A DNA stretch of 57,489 nucleotides, filler included, from Porpidia crustulata (GCA_964255105.1; 5 parts of 5 records of this genome joined end to end with filler, not necessarily neighbours in it), one strand, 5' to 3'. Shown: positions 1 to 12,720, counted from the whole stretch's first letter. Notes: generated from the letters alone by a model not told the origin. Numbers and translations: made by a program.

Positions 1-58
1 CCTCAAACCCCAAAACACCTCACCCACACCCATATGTCGCAACCCGTGTACCACCCAT

Positions 59-3000
59 TCAATCCCCATGATCCCGATACCGCACCCCGCCTCTCAACTC
101 ATGAACCGCCCATTTGTCCACCTTCTTGTCGCCGTCCGTGTAGGTCGTACCGTCTCGCAGCTCGTGCCGGACCACGGCTCGCGTCTTCCGCGGCGTGGTT
201 CTGTTGCTGCTGCCCTTTGCGCTGCCGGTCTCGTCCTCTTGGCTGTCGTCGATGCCGTTTTCGGTGTAAGAGGTGCCGTCCCGCAGCTCGTGCCGGACCA
301 TGGCTCGAGTCTTCCGCGGGGTGGTTCTTTTGCTGGCTTTTGCGCTGTCGTTGTTCTCTTCGCTGTTGTCAACGCCATCGTCGGTGTATGTGGTGCCGTC
401 CTGCAACTCGTGCCGGACCGCGGCTCTCGTCTTCCGTGGCGTGTTTTCTTTGCTGGCCTTTGCGGCGTTCTCGTCTTCTTGGCTGTCGTCGACGCCATCG
501 TCGGTGTACGTGGTGCCGTCCCTCAACTCCTGCCGTATAGTGGCGCGGGCGGGTTTCTGGGGGCTTGGCGTCACGGTTGTTTTGTCGGTTTTCTTGGCCT
601 CGGGCTTCTTCTTTGGCACGGCGGCTTCCAGTTTTTGGATTTTGGAGGCGCCGAGGCTGGCCCACCAGCTCCAGAGTCCTTTGGCGTAACCTCGTTCCTC
701 GGCAGCGAATTCGACGGGAGGGCCGTTCATCTGCACGTCCTCGCCCTTTTGGAAGACGGCCCAGGCGCTGGTGTCTGTGCTGAGCAGTAGTATTCGCTTG
801 GCTTGGGTTTGGACTTGAAAGTTGCGGAGGAGTATGGCATCGCCCTCCGCGACGAGTGGGAAGGCGGTTTTGCGGGGCCGGAATACACGCGCGGTGGTTA
901 TCGGGGGGGTTTCCGAGGCGGAAGAAGGATCGGCGATATAGAGAGATTGATAGAAGTCTTTGGGGCCACTTTTCGCGCGGCTAATGGAGGTGCTGGAGAC
1001 GATTGTGGCGAAGACGTCGATGGTGTAGCTGAAGTGAGAAGATAGGGTGGAGAGGGAAGCAAAGTAGGAGTGTGTTGTGCGAAAGCCGGATTGCTGAGTC
1101 GAATCAGTTGCGCTGGGAGACGGAGTGTAGGGAAGGGTTTTGTGGAGCCGAGGCGACTGTCGTAATATATGAGGGATGGGCGACAGGGATTGGGTATCCT
1201 TCAAATAGTCACCTTCATCCGAAGAAATCTGACTTGTTGAGTGCTCGCTTTCTACGCTGTCACTGTCGGTATTGGGAATAATTTCGCTGGATCTTTTGGG
1301 TGCAAACCAGGGGCTTGCTGCATCAGTCCTTTTGCGATTTCGTGGCAATGTTGCTGAGAGCCTCCTCAGTTCTTGCAATCTTTCCACAACGGAACGTCTT
1401 TTTGGAGTGGCAGGGCCCACCACACTAGTGACATCGTTTACAGTCTCGGGGTAACGTTGTGCGAGATGCTCATGGTCTTCTTGAAGAGGTTGCAGCGATA
1501 GGGGCGATTCTTGTGATACCAGTTGTGTTTGCTGTGTCGCATTTGGGGTCGGAAGCTGGGTTTGAACCTTGGAATCGCTCAATGGACGCGTTTCCAACGT
1601 AATTTGTTTTGCGTCATTATCAATCTCGTCAGGTGCGTCTTTGGTGGATTGAACATTCTCGTCTCGACCCTTTGTATGTGAGCCCGTTTCGTGGTATGGC
1701 TGATCCGTTACAGCAGCGTTCTTGTTTTCTATCATTGATTTTCTAATAGCCTCAAATAAGTCTAAGATATCCGGGAATTCGTCGTCAGAATGATTCAGTG
1801 CCTCGTCTTCGATATTTGGAGTTTCCCTGATAGTGTCAACATCCACATGTTTATCATCTACTTTGTGACCTGCGGCTGGAGATGCTGCCGGGGAAAGTCG
1901 ATTGCCCGCTGCAGGATTTGGTAAAACGCCCATGATGTCTAAATCGTTAATGCCGGACTCATTTGATCTGGGTAGGTCGTCGACTTGACGTTGTACAGTC
2001 TCATCTATACCATCTTCCCTATCTTCCTTATCAGCCCCATCTTCAACCTCTATCCCCTCTTTCCCATCTTCCCCATCTTCGTTATCTTTGTTATCTTCCT
2101 CTTCCATGAACGATGCTGATTGATCGGTCTCCCATACAACACTAAGCTTAGTCTCTCTCAACGTAAGTGCAGTTTGAATTTCTAGTTCAGCACCTTCTAA
2201 CTGAACATCTTCTTCACCCTCGCTTTCGAGATCGATAATCTCGACACTTGAAACTTTAGGCAGAAGACTTGATGATGTGTCCGTTACTTCATCCTGGAGC
2301 TCTATCACTGTGGACTCTTCCGACATTTCTTCATCAGCTTTACCCTGCGTCTTATCATCATCAATATCTTGAACTTTCGCCACCAAACCGTCCGGAGACA
2401 GGGCAGGGAAGGATTTAATATCAGAAGAAAATTGGTGGTCGGCGAAATCTTCGGCGCCGTCTGCGTTTGATGGCTCGTCCTCAACTCTACCAGCACCATC
2501 GTCTTCGTATGGCCCCTTCTTCATCACAGAAGTTTCCAGGTTATCAAAGGAAATTGCCGAAATGTCTTCATGGAATATAGTTTCTGTATCTTCCTCGGCA
2601 GATTTGCATCGTGTAATAGGTTCTTGGTACTTCTCAAGCCCCTTAGCCTCTAAACAGTTCGTCTGTGCCATATCTCCGCTACCATCGGCCTTAACATCCT
2701 CCATGACAACCGATTTAGCATCTTGTATCTTCTCATGCACTGAAGGAGATTCCTCAAGATCATACTCGTCTTCTATTTCCGAGTCTGAGAGAATATTAAT
2801 GGTTTCTATAGGAGCGTGGCCAGGTGAAACAGGATCATGGCTCGATCGATCACCCGAAAAAGCTGACCCATCAAGCCCGAAGTGCGATGCCTCAATTGGG
2901 CTTTCCTCGTCCTCATCTGGTGACTCGTCATGTGGCAAACTCTCCGCGGATGAATTTTGATAAATTCTAGGATTGATCCGTCTTCCGTCTTCGGCCTCAC

Positions 3001-4564
3001 TTCCTGACCAATCGGATAGGAATGAAACCTCAAGCTCTTCCCCAGAGTACTCCAGTGACTCCGAACCACTAGTCCCAGGCTCTTCGTCCATTCCAAATCC
3101 ATATTGACTACCAGACTCTACTGGCTCTAGAGAAATTCCTCGCCTTGACGTAGCTTTAGAAGACTCCGTGAAGATCGTTGACTCTGGGGATAGCGACTGG
3201 AGTGCTGGCGCTGTTTCTTCTTCCTCAGCTGGAGCGAAACCTCTGAATCCTACAGCCGGAGCTTTGCTCATATTGAAAGTATCTTGACTGTATGGTGCCA
3301 GTCGAGTCCCCGGTGGACCTAAGGCCATTTGTTCATCTATGTCTGTCATATTTTCGGTCTCCTTCAAAGGGTCTTGATATTCCACTACTCCCTCGATAGC
3401 ACTTTCGCTACCACGAGTATACGCGTGCCCAGCTTCAGACATATCTATATTTGCATTGAGAATAATAGGTCCCACCTCCATAGATATTTCGGATCCAGCT
3501 CTAGAGGCCTTGTTGTTGCTATTTTCCACTCCATCCGCTATGGTAATTGCTTCATCTGATTTGTTACTTACATGAACAGGGCTATTAAGATCCTCTCCGA
3601 TGGAAACAGCTTCCATCGACCGTTCCGGTTCAGAAGTAAGACTTTCCGGAGACCTGACTGTGCTGACTTGTTTGTCTTCCATGGCGACTACTGTTTGCTC
3701 GTTGGCAATAGAGCCCACAGCGTAGACCTCTCTTTCCGGAGATCTGACTGTGGTGACTTCTACTTTGTCTTCCATAGCAACTACTGTTTGCTCGTTGGCA
3801 ATGGAGCTCACAGCATAGGCCTCTTTATCTGGGCTCGGAGTTCGCTCTGTGAATCTCCATTGACCACTTTCTCGCCCGAACTTTGTTCTCTTACTTCTTA
3901 TGCTCCCTTCATAATCATCATCGGTCCTGAACGGGTCATACTGAATGTAGTGGTTTCCCGAGATGCGGCTCCGCTTCAAAAAAGCTGGCGAAGACCATGT
4001 ATCGCTAATTTGCCCTCTACCGACGTGGGGCTTCGGAAATTTGAACACACTCGAGGAAGAAGGCGTACGAGGGGGCGTTGGAGAAGGTGTGGGGTGGTCT
4101 ATATTCAATGTAATAGGCGCATCCGAATCACACTCGATCTGCAAAATATTGCTCAGTGACCTATACAGCTATGCTTACAGATTCTATACCTGGAGAGATA
4201 GGCGCTCCCCAAAGTGCAGCTTCCACTCCACGCCATTCCCCGGCGTTCTTGGTAATGAGTCATCCTTCGCCCATTGTACTCCCTCTAAGCTTAGGAGAAG
4301 CCGAGTTCCAATGCCTATACCACTTCGCGCAACTGCTGTCGCGCTGGGGCCAGTGAAGTGTATACGAACCTGTCCCTTCTTCTGGCGCAGGCGGAAATCA
4401 GGCTCCACAAGTAGTATACCGAATGTTTTGTTTGATGAGGAATATGGCCATATCAAGGTCACTACGCCGCTAATAGACTTATGCAGCGTTTCGAGAGAAG
4501 GATCCAGATTCGCAATTGGAGTCTGTTCATGCCCCTCATCTCGATGTGCCGCCGGAGATGCCAT
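59..4564 (-). CDS. Large OB-fold protein (POT1/Cdc13 telomere ssDNA-binding-like domain), ~1484 aa, 2 exons (4564-4190, 4138-59)
   Basis: ORFs 4184..4615 and 59..4144 join in frame across a 51-nt GT..AG intron (4189-4139). N-terminal OB-like segment (SISGVVTLIWPYSSSNKTFGILLVEPDFRLR), long acidic low-complexity middle, C-terminal POT1-like OB (IDVFATIVS..AKSGPKDFYQSLYIADPS..ARVFRP..GDAILLRNFQV). Confidence 0.8.
70..545 (-). repeat. Coding tandem repeat, 39-40 aa unit (R[HQ]EL[RQ]DGT[TS]YT[DE]...TPRKTRA); the HELRDG-like motif occurs 5 times
   Basis: Visible in the translation of the C-terminus and as 117-120 nt DNA repeats (e.g. CTCGTGCCGGACC recurring). Confidence 0.9.
3643..3834 (-). repeat. 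Internal coding duplication, 2 x ~30-31 aa (SP..E.YAV.SIANEQTVVAMEDK..[ST]TVR)
   Basis: Two near-identical ~90-93 nt units, each containing CTACTGTTTGCTCGTTGGCAAT. Confidence 0.9.
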
Positions 4565-5075
4565 GGTTAGCAGCCTGAGGGGATAGTAGACATCATGTCT
4601 TGCAATTATGCGCAAAATTCAGCATCACCAAGATGGATGAAGAACGCCGTACATTGGGACACTATTGAGGGCATAGGCATCAATATTCTCGAGTAAACAA
4701 ACGCCAAGCCCGCCTCGACAATCCGAATGCGGCGGGGCGGAATTTTGCCGCTTGGTTCGAAACGTCAAGAGGACAGTGTCATTATATTACCTATATAGTA
4801 CAGACTACAGAGTACAGGACCTTGAATCTCTACCAATTTATACATTGCCCTTCTCTTGTGCTGTTTCGATCCCATGTATCGCTAATGTCACCGTGTCGCA
4901 GTCGTCTCTCTACCTTCTCGGATCGAGCTTAGTCGGAGCTATTTGATCCTTTTTCATCAATTTCCTCTTCTGCCATTAGCTATTTCGTGTCCGACTTCGT
5001 TAAATCCACATATTTCCACAAAGACGGCATTTCGACTGATCAAGTTATCCACTTAGAAAGTCTACGCTTGTAGAC

Positions 5076-6618
5076 ATGGGCTCCCTACAGCCTAAGGATA
5101 TCAGGCGCGTCGCCATTGTTGGCGCAGGGCCTGGGGGCATCTCCTCCGCCAAGTACGTCATCGGCCCGTTTTTATCAGCGCCCACAGCGACAATTACAAT
5201 TCTGCATGCGCCAAAAGTGCTGAGCCAGTACTAGACATCTCATCGCAGAAGATCATTTTACCTTGATCGATATTTTTGAGCAACAGTCCTCGGTTGGTGG
5301 GGTATGGGTTTATTTGCCAGATGCTCCAAAAGGGAAAACGGACATCCCGCAAACAAATCCATTTCAACCACTTGAAGAGCCAATATGGCGTTCCTTACGA
5401 AATGGCAAGATTGAGATTGTTGATGGAGCTAAAGAGCCTACCTTCACGTCTCCAATGTACAATGGCCTTGAGACGAATATTCCACGCTGTCTTATGGCTT
5501 TCTCGGATAAGCCTTTTCCGGAACCAGAGCAGCTGTTTCCAGGTCTTCCTTCCGTGATTGAATATCTAGAAGAATATGCAGAAGAAGTTAAGCATCTTAT
5601 AAAGTTCAATACCCAAGTCCTGGACGTCAATCGAATATCTCTAGGCGGCATATCGGAGTGGTCAGTCAAAACCAAAAATCTAAAATCGAATAAAGTTGTT
5701 GAAGGAATCTACGATGCCGTTGTAGTAGCCAGCGGTCATTACAGAGTCCCCAACGTCCCCAATATCAAAGGTATCGAGGAGTGGGACCAAGTTAGCCCGG
5801 GCACCATCACCCACTCCAAATTTTACCAAACCCCCTTGGACTTCTCAAATAAAAAGGTAGTGATAGTTGGCTATTCTGCATCCGGCGTCGATATCGCCTC
5901 CCAGATTAGTGCCACCGCCAAACACCCCCTCCTGGTCTCCCAACGCTCCCCGTCAATCTTCTCCCATGCATCTCCCCCTTTCTGGAAGTTCGAACTACCT
6001 GAGATCACCGAATTTCTCCCCGCGCAACGAGCTCTCCGCTTCGCTAATGACCATATCGAGTACAACATCGACCATGTCCTTTTCTGCACTGGCTACTTCT
6101 ATTCGTACCCCTTTCTCTCGACACTTACGCCCGCACCTACCTCCCTCACAGGTGCCCGAGTTCGAAACCTCTACAAACACCTCCTTTACTACCCTGACCC
6201 CAGTCTCGCTTTTATCGGCCTGTCGTTTCCAATCATCCCCTTCCGTACCAGCGAGTCCCAGGCCGCTGTGCTTGCGCGTTTGTGGTCTGGTCGTCTTGCT
6301 TTACCCTCTGTCTCTCAGATGCAGGAATGGGAGGAGCGGCGTATCGGGATGGTGGGGGAGGGTAAGGATTTTCACAAAACACCGTTGCCCGAAGATTTCG
6401 ATTATCACAATTCTCTGTGCGACTGGGCAATGGAAATTGACAATCCTGAAAAGGGGAAGGGTGTTATGAAATGGAGTAAGAGGGATAGGTGGGCGAGGGG
6501 AAGGTTTGCAGAGATCAAGAAGGCGTTTGCGGAGAAAGGAGAAGCGAGAAGAAAGTTCAAGACGATGGAGGAGCTGGGCTTTGTGTATGAAGTAGAGGTT
6601 GAAGCAAAAGGCGGGTGA
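5076..6618 (+). CDS. FMO1: Flavin-containing monooxygenase (class B, Fmo1/thiol-specific-like), 2 exons (5076-5152, 5235-6618)
   Basis: Exon 1 carries the FAD motif RVAIVGAGPGG. Intron GTACGT..CTAG restores frame with ORF 5263..6618. FMO motif (PGTITHSKFY), NADPH motif (VVIVGYSASG) and FCTGY are present. Confidence 0.9.
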
Positions 6619-7202
6619 AGGAGTACGGTTTTGCAGAGTACATGGCGATGGAGAGTTCAGTGTCAAGGAGTTACAGCTGGGGTAGAGGCCTGACAAGAAG
6701 CAAAGATGATAGGCATGAGGTCTGAGGTATCACTGACTGATCGTAGATTATTAGCGAGCCAAGGGCTGTGGTAAGTAATGATATCTGCATCGTAAATTAC
6801 AATCTATTTATATGGTTTTGCGAGAAGAATAAAATTCTCTTTCTACATAAGATACTCACTTACAAAGAATTAATCAAGTGTTCCAACATAGCCAATCGCG
6901 GACCCGTGTACATATGCTATCAATTATTATAGAAAGCTGAAGGGTCTACTAAGAAATACCTTCACCACTCTATCCGAGTAGACATTAAGGTACTTAGCGC
7001 ATCCCGCTAACCCTTGTTCGGGATCTTATTTCAAGTATACATATCGTCAACACGCCGAAAATGATACTGTAAATAGTGGATTTGCCGCGCAGTGCGACAG
7101 TTTTATCTGCACGAAAAGGTGCAATTGAATTATCTGGTACTTTCGAATGGAAATGGCCGCAGTCTTCATGATTTGTAACGAGTCGAATGAGACACGCGAA
7201 GT

Positions 7203-10200
7203 ATGAGTTCTCGGAAACGTAAGAACAGCCCTATTCCCGTTGCAGAAAACAATCCACCGAATAAGAGAGCAAAATTGCTATCAAAACTTTGGACCTCTCA
7301 GGAAGATACGACTGAAATATCAAAGAAAGTTGTAAGGCGGGAAGGTATATTGCGTGGTACACCAAGGGTTATCAAAGAGCAACCAAAGCAGTACATTATC
7401 AATTGGCAAGCACGACAAGATCTTACTGTCGAGGGAGAAACTCACCAAACAAGCCGAGTGAGTGGATAGAATTTTTATTCACTGGAATCTTTTGTGGTAA
7501 TCAATTATTTCTTGTGATTCACAACTTGGGGGATACCGCAAAGTCAACTAACAAGCGACTGGGTGCAGCCACCGGAAGGTAAATCCAACGAGCCCTTAAG
7601 TGTGCTACCTGAAGAACAAGATCTGGTCAGGAATCCAAGGAGATCAAGTCGTTTGGTCCAGCAGCGGCGTAAGAAGAAAAGCCAAGGCCTGACCGCAAGT
7701 CGAAAAGCAATCCCGGGAGCCAATAAAGATTATCAAGGAGAGCAGCAGCGTAGCACTGATTCGTCCTCATCAGATATTCGAAATTCCAGTGGCCTACTTG
7801 AAGATTTGTGTATCCAGCGACACTCCGTTCAGGTACCGACACTGTCAGAATTGGTTGTTCTTCTTTCGCAACACAGCAGCTTCGAGAGAGACAATTACAT
7901 CCAGCTTCATTCTTCGCTTTCCAGTACAAACTTGACCAGCTCGCTTTTAGAGCATCCCGATTCTGGGATCGGCGAGTCTTCGCCTCTATCAGTGAACGCG
8001 GAAGCGACCAGATTTGAATGTAATAGAGTGATACCTGATTCGCAAGACTTGCCAGGTTCTTCTAGCTACGTCCCGACATCAAGTACCTCCACTGGTACTA
8101 TAAACTCCATTCGGTACGAATCGGGAATTAGTGTTATTAGTACTTCGTCTTGGAACATTTCCAACCATAGCCTAGCTCCTAATTCCGCATCTCTCCACTC
8201 TTTTGCACAAGAATTGAGTGACCCTATTGAGGATTCTACTGATTTCCCTACGGAATTTATCCAAATTTGCAGCACTTCTACATGGTCGAGATCATTACCT
8301 CTTGCAAGAAACGCAATAGGAACAAGAACAAAGAGCCATTTACCCAGATATATATTATACAGTATTTCAGATTCAAATTCGATCGCTCACACTGAAGAGA
8401 GCTCCAGCCATCGATCTTCCAGAACATCGACAAAACTTAGAGTGAGTGGTAGTGGCTCAGAGGTATCACAGTCCCGGAACCGTGATACTCATATACAGGC
8501 CTCGTCGGATATCCTGAGCGCGCACGGGAATTCATATGTAGCTGAGTCCCGTAATTCTTTGAACTATAGATATTCTCAAAGCCGGGCTACAGACCAAAGT
8601 ACCCAGGTACAACTTCATTCGGCTCCAGATAGCCAGGCTACTCACATATCATCTACAATATCAACTAGTAAGCACTGACGCTTGTATCTCTTTCCAATCC
8701 CGTTGCTCAGGTCAGAGTTATATAGGTACCGGCAGAATTTGGCAGAGCGCGCAAACTATCCTAGGGCCTGGTAAAGCACAGTCTCAGATTTCGTCGGGAA
8801 GCGATCCCATTCCAGGAAAGCAAAAAGCCGTTTCAGCGTTCTTAGGGAATTCACAGTCCGTAGGCTTACCCAGACAACCTTCGGCTGTACCAGAGCCTTT
8901 TACTATTTCAGAAGATACAAGTGTCAATAGTCAGACAACACAGGGTTTGAAAAGTTCTGTTCTCAGTCAGCGCGACTCGAATTCTCAGACGCGGAAGTCC
9001 GTTCATCCAAGTGAAGACGCCAAAGACATTCCCTTGCCTTCGATCGAATCTAGGAACGCCGATACCGAGAATATCCCACTGTCCTTCATTTCTGCTCTCG
9101 AAAGCCGTTTACAAACCATAGATCCAGCAGTATTACCTCGAGCGCTGTCAATCTACGATTTCGAGATGGCTGAACCATCACAGACCCAGATGGATCTCCA
9201 TTCAACCCCTGCGCAAGCACTGTCTATGGTTCCTACTCCGAGGGGCACGTCCATGCAGGAAAGGCTGAGAAATATGCGGGCTGCGTCTGCTGCAGATTTT
9301 GCCGCTAATACAGCTGCACTGAAAGCCAAGATAGAGCAATCGCAATCACCTAAGCCAGATCTCGAAAGAACACCATCGATCATACTGGAGGAAGGCGGCC
9401 CTTTAGAACCCATTGATAGTCGACTCGAAGTTCAGCCAATGCAAGTGCCTGTTGAAGTTCCGTTGCCAATGCGAATAACTCAATCAAACCCTCATACACC
9501 AAATCGACCGAGTAAACTCCATTTCCACAGAGAAATATCGTATTCTCAGACGATAACAACACTAAATCCCGTAAATCTTGGAGAAATGGAATATGTGGTT
9601 CCCTTGTCCATGAATACAAGGGTACGAGATCAATATATCTCGACCATCAATTACTACCGACAACCTATAGAAAACTTGATGAAAGATGAGATACCGGATG
9701 AAGGATTGGTACAGCAGATTAGGGCAATGCTTCGTCGAGTCAACCAGGTCACTACCCACGTGGATTTGGATGGTGGAGACTCGATGACCCAGCAGCAAAC
9801 ATCACCGGAAGATGAAGCTGTCTGGGCCGAGAACTGTAGTGCCAAGTTTCAGTTCCTACGATATCTTTTCGACACAGTTCGAAATCTAGACCTTCACATT
9901 GCCATTATTGCACAAGCAGGCCAGCTCCTTGATATAACTGAGATGTTCCTAAAAGGTAGACACGTTGTCTACAGTCGACCTGATACGCTGATGAGATCAG
10001 ATTCGCATATTGCAAAAGGGCGCATGGAGGTAAGCTTGATAGCTTCAGGAGAAGAGGGAGCAGCGACGCTTCCGAAAGCAGCGAACCTCGTTATAGCCCT
10101 AGATGGTTCTTTCAATGCTCAAGACGTGCAAGTCGGCATATTGCGTAGCCATTTGACCAACGTTGGCCAACTATCCCCGATTATTCACCTTCTCGTTTAT

Positions 10201-11434
10201 AACTCTGCCGAGCATATCGAACGATGTTTGCCGACCTCGATAGAACCAATCGACCGGCTGCGAAAAATTGTGAGTTGTATGACACAAACGCGACATGAGG
10301 TTGGCATCCTGTTACCAGACGAACATAATTCGCTAGCCGCTGCTGAGGAGGTTGCTGCGTTTCTGGAAGCAGGGGCCTTGGAAAAAGACTGGGCGTTTCC
10401 ATCTATCAGGCCTATTGATGGAATAGAATTCTTGGAATCGTCCCAAGATACAGAATCTAGTCAGTCAGACATTCAACCACCCGTCGATCAGTCTAGTGGT
10501 CCAGCGCCTGCCCCCGCTACGTTGAAAAGAGCTTTAGTATGCTGACTTTAAATGTACCAATAATGTGTCTTCATACTGACCGCACTCAGGATGATATCGA
10601 AGGAACGTCTGGTACGCCTAAGCGTTCCAGAAATACACCGACTCCTGCTGCAGATGTGACTCACATCAGTGATTCTGCAACGCAAGAATCTTCGCTAGCT
10701 GTAGGTTCCCACATTGGGTCGCAGAGAAAGAAGGCTAAGACGTAAAACAGGCACAAGCACAAACGATAGCGGATCTCCGTACTGTCCTTCAAAATGCTCA
10801 GAATGAAGCTACTCGGAAGGAAATATCCTCCACCGAGCGAGAAAAGCATCTTAAAAATATCGTCAAAGCCACCCAAGACCGCCTTCAAGAACACATTGAC
10901 TCCCTCTCCTCCCTCCAGCTTCGCTACGAATCCCTCAATCGCTCGTCCCACCTCCGACGCGAATCCGAAACCTCCCTGACCGCCACCATCACCTCCCTGG
11001 AAGAAAAACTCGAACGCCGCGCCACCGACGTCGCCAACCTGATCAACGACCGCCAACGCCTCGAATCCGAACTCAAAGATGCCCGCCAAGCCCTCCTCGC
11101 ATCCCCCGTCCCCGCCGTCGCCGAACTCGAACGCCTGCGCGAAGAAACCCGCGCCTCGGCCCTCCAAACCGCCACCATCGCCAAGAAAATCGACACCCTC
11201 ACCCAAGATTTCGACTTCACCCGCCAGCAATACCAACACGCCTCCAGTAGCGCCGCCGACCTCGCCGCGCAAAACACCGCCCTCGAAGCCCGCGTCGCCG
11301 CGCTCGCGGCCCGTGCCACGGGCGAAGCTGCCAAGCTCGCCGCCCTGAACAACGCCGCTGATGTCGCGCGCCACCGCGAGCGCGTCGTCGAGCTTGAGGC
11401 TCAGCTGGCGGACCGAGAGGAGTTGCTCAGGCGC
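7203..11434 (+). CDS. HDA1 complex subunit 2/3-domain protein with degenerate N-terminal chromo-like segment and C-terminal coiled coil; 3' truncated by contig end
   Basis: Introns 7458-7568, 8668-8710 (or -8725), 10537-10589 and 10701-10750 link ORFs 7203, 7563, 8947 and an open coiled-coil frame (..LERLREETRAS..FDFTRQQYQHASSSA..) running into the Ns. HDA2-3-like motifs: EYVVPLSM, VTTHVDL, WAENCSAKFQFL, PIIHLLVYNSAEHIERCL. Confidence 0.72.
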
Positions 11435-11534
11435 NNNNNNNNNNNNNNNNNNNNNNNNNNNNNNNNNNNNNNNNNNNNTTAATTAATTAANNNNNNNNNN
11501 NNNNNNNNNNNNNNNNNNNNNNNNNNNNNNNNNN
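11435..11534. other. Artificial contig linker N44-TTAATTAATTAA-N44
   Basis: 100-nt spacer with stops in all six frames; identical at all four junctions. Confidence 0.98.
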
Positions 11535-12021
11535 GGTTTGGGGGGACGCGAGATGGTTGTTGGGGATTGCAAAGGATGTTGTGATTTGAGATCTCGGAAG
11601 CGGATGCTGGAGGGTTAGAACATTGGGGTGGTGATTGCTTGAAGAGAAGATCACTGTTGGCTTCCTGATATGGATCCCTAAACTGCTCTCCAGCACTCAG
11701 CGATATAGCTAGCGCTTGGAGGCTAGCTAATCATGTATAGAATAATACTAGGATCAGCGTACCTAAATAATGTCAAAGCCGCCTTGCTATCAAGTCAAAT
11801 GAACCTAGCGGAGGAGGAACTTTGTACCTAGCAAGTGCCTTCATTCCGAGATATACCTTCACGTAGCAGGGTACGCTTATATAAAAAAACTCGTTTAGAG
11901 TACGTATCACCAGTGGCGAGGGCTGACCTGCGCTCATAATAGAACTGGCTGAACTAGCTGATTTACGTTTCCTGCATTAACCAAGTCGGTGACGCCACCA
12001 ATAGCTCAGCCGTAGATGCTA

Positions 12022-12720
12022 TCATTCAAGAAGATCAGTACAGAGCCATTCGTTGAAATCGAAGTCTAAATCCAAGTCTAAGTTCATAGACTCCTCAACG
12101 TTTCCCACATCCTTCTCTGCCGGCTCTCCAGTCCGACCTTCGGCGGGCGCAGAAGAGCTCCTTGTTGTCGTTGCTGGCGTCAGGAGCCCCGTTCCCACAT
12201 CCATCACACCTAATCCGAGTTTGCTGGGAGATTGGACCGAGCTCTCCGTATCGCCCTCGCTCGACTCCTTCTCAAACTCCTTCATGTACGCCCCAATCGT
12301 AACCCCCACCGTCTTCTTAAACACGCGGCAAAGATAACTCGGCGTAACTCCCACCTCTTTTGCCAATTCCTTGATGCCTCGCTGCATCGTCAAATCATCC
12401 TTGGTTATCCACAAAAGCGCCATCACCCTTGTGACAACCTCCTCCCTCGCTCCAAAGAAGGTCGTGTCATCTGGCTTGCACCGCTTGCACGGCCGGAATC
12501 CGTCGCGTCGCGCTTGGTCTCCGGTGTCGTAAAATACGACATTGGCTCTTCGAGCAAGGCGTGCGGAGCAGGTAGGGCGGCAGTAGATTTTGGTGGATTT
12601 GACGCCGTAGAGAAAGGATGAGTGGGATGAGGGGGTGCGGTGCGTGAGGGCGAGCCAACGGGATTGGGGGCTTTGGAACGAGTGGTGATTGGTTGAGGAC
12701 CTCGGAGATGGCGATTGCAT
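12022..12720 (-). CDS. Ada metal-binding domain protein with AraC-type HTH (methylphosphotriester methyltransferase/regulator-like)
   Basis: YGVKSTKIYCRPTC..FYDT..ARRDGFRPCKRCKPD gives the four-Cys Ada N-terminal site. IKELAKEVGVTPSYLCRVFKKTVGVT is HTH-like. Acidic C-terminal tail. Confidence 0.9.
   Translation of the reverse strand: MQSPSPRSSTNHHSFQSPQSRWLALTHRTPSSHSSFLYGVKSTKIYCRPTCSARLARRANVVFYDTGDQARRDGFRPCKRCKPDDTTFFGAREEVVTRVMALLWITKDDLTMQRGIKELAKEVGVTPSYLCRVFKKTVGVTIGAYMKEFEKESSEGDTESSVQSPSKLGLGVMDVGTGLLTPATTTRSSSAPAEGRTGEPAEKDVGNVEESMNLDLDLDFDFNEWLCTDLLE

Noticed and set aside
34..790. Cys/Arg-rich and hydrophobic ORFs on the + strand
   Set aside because: Antisense shadows of the repeat-containing C-terminus of the OB-fold gene.
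10661..11374. 237-aa minus-strand ORF and overlapping ORFs
   Set aside because: Shadows of the GC-rich coiled-coil exon on the + strand.
11479..11490. TTAATTAATTAA palindrome inside each N run
   Set aside because: Artificial six-frame stop linker, not genomic.
12022..12720. Ada gene as bacterial contamination or recent HGT
   Set aside because: Same contig as intron-containing fungal genes, has a fungal-style low-complexity tail, and Ada-domain proteins are known in filamentous fungi.
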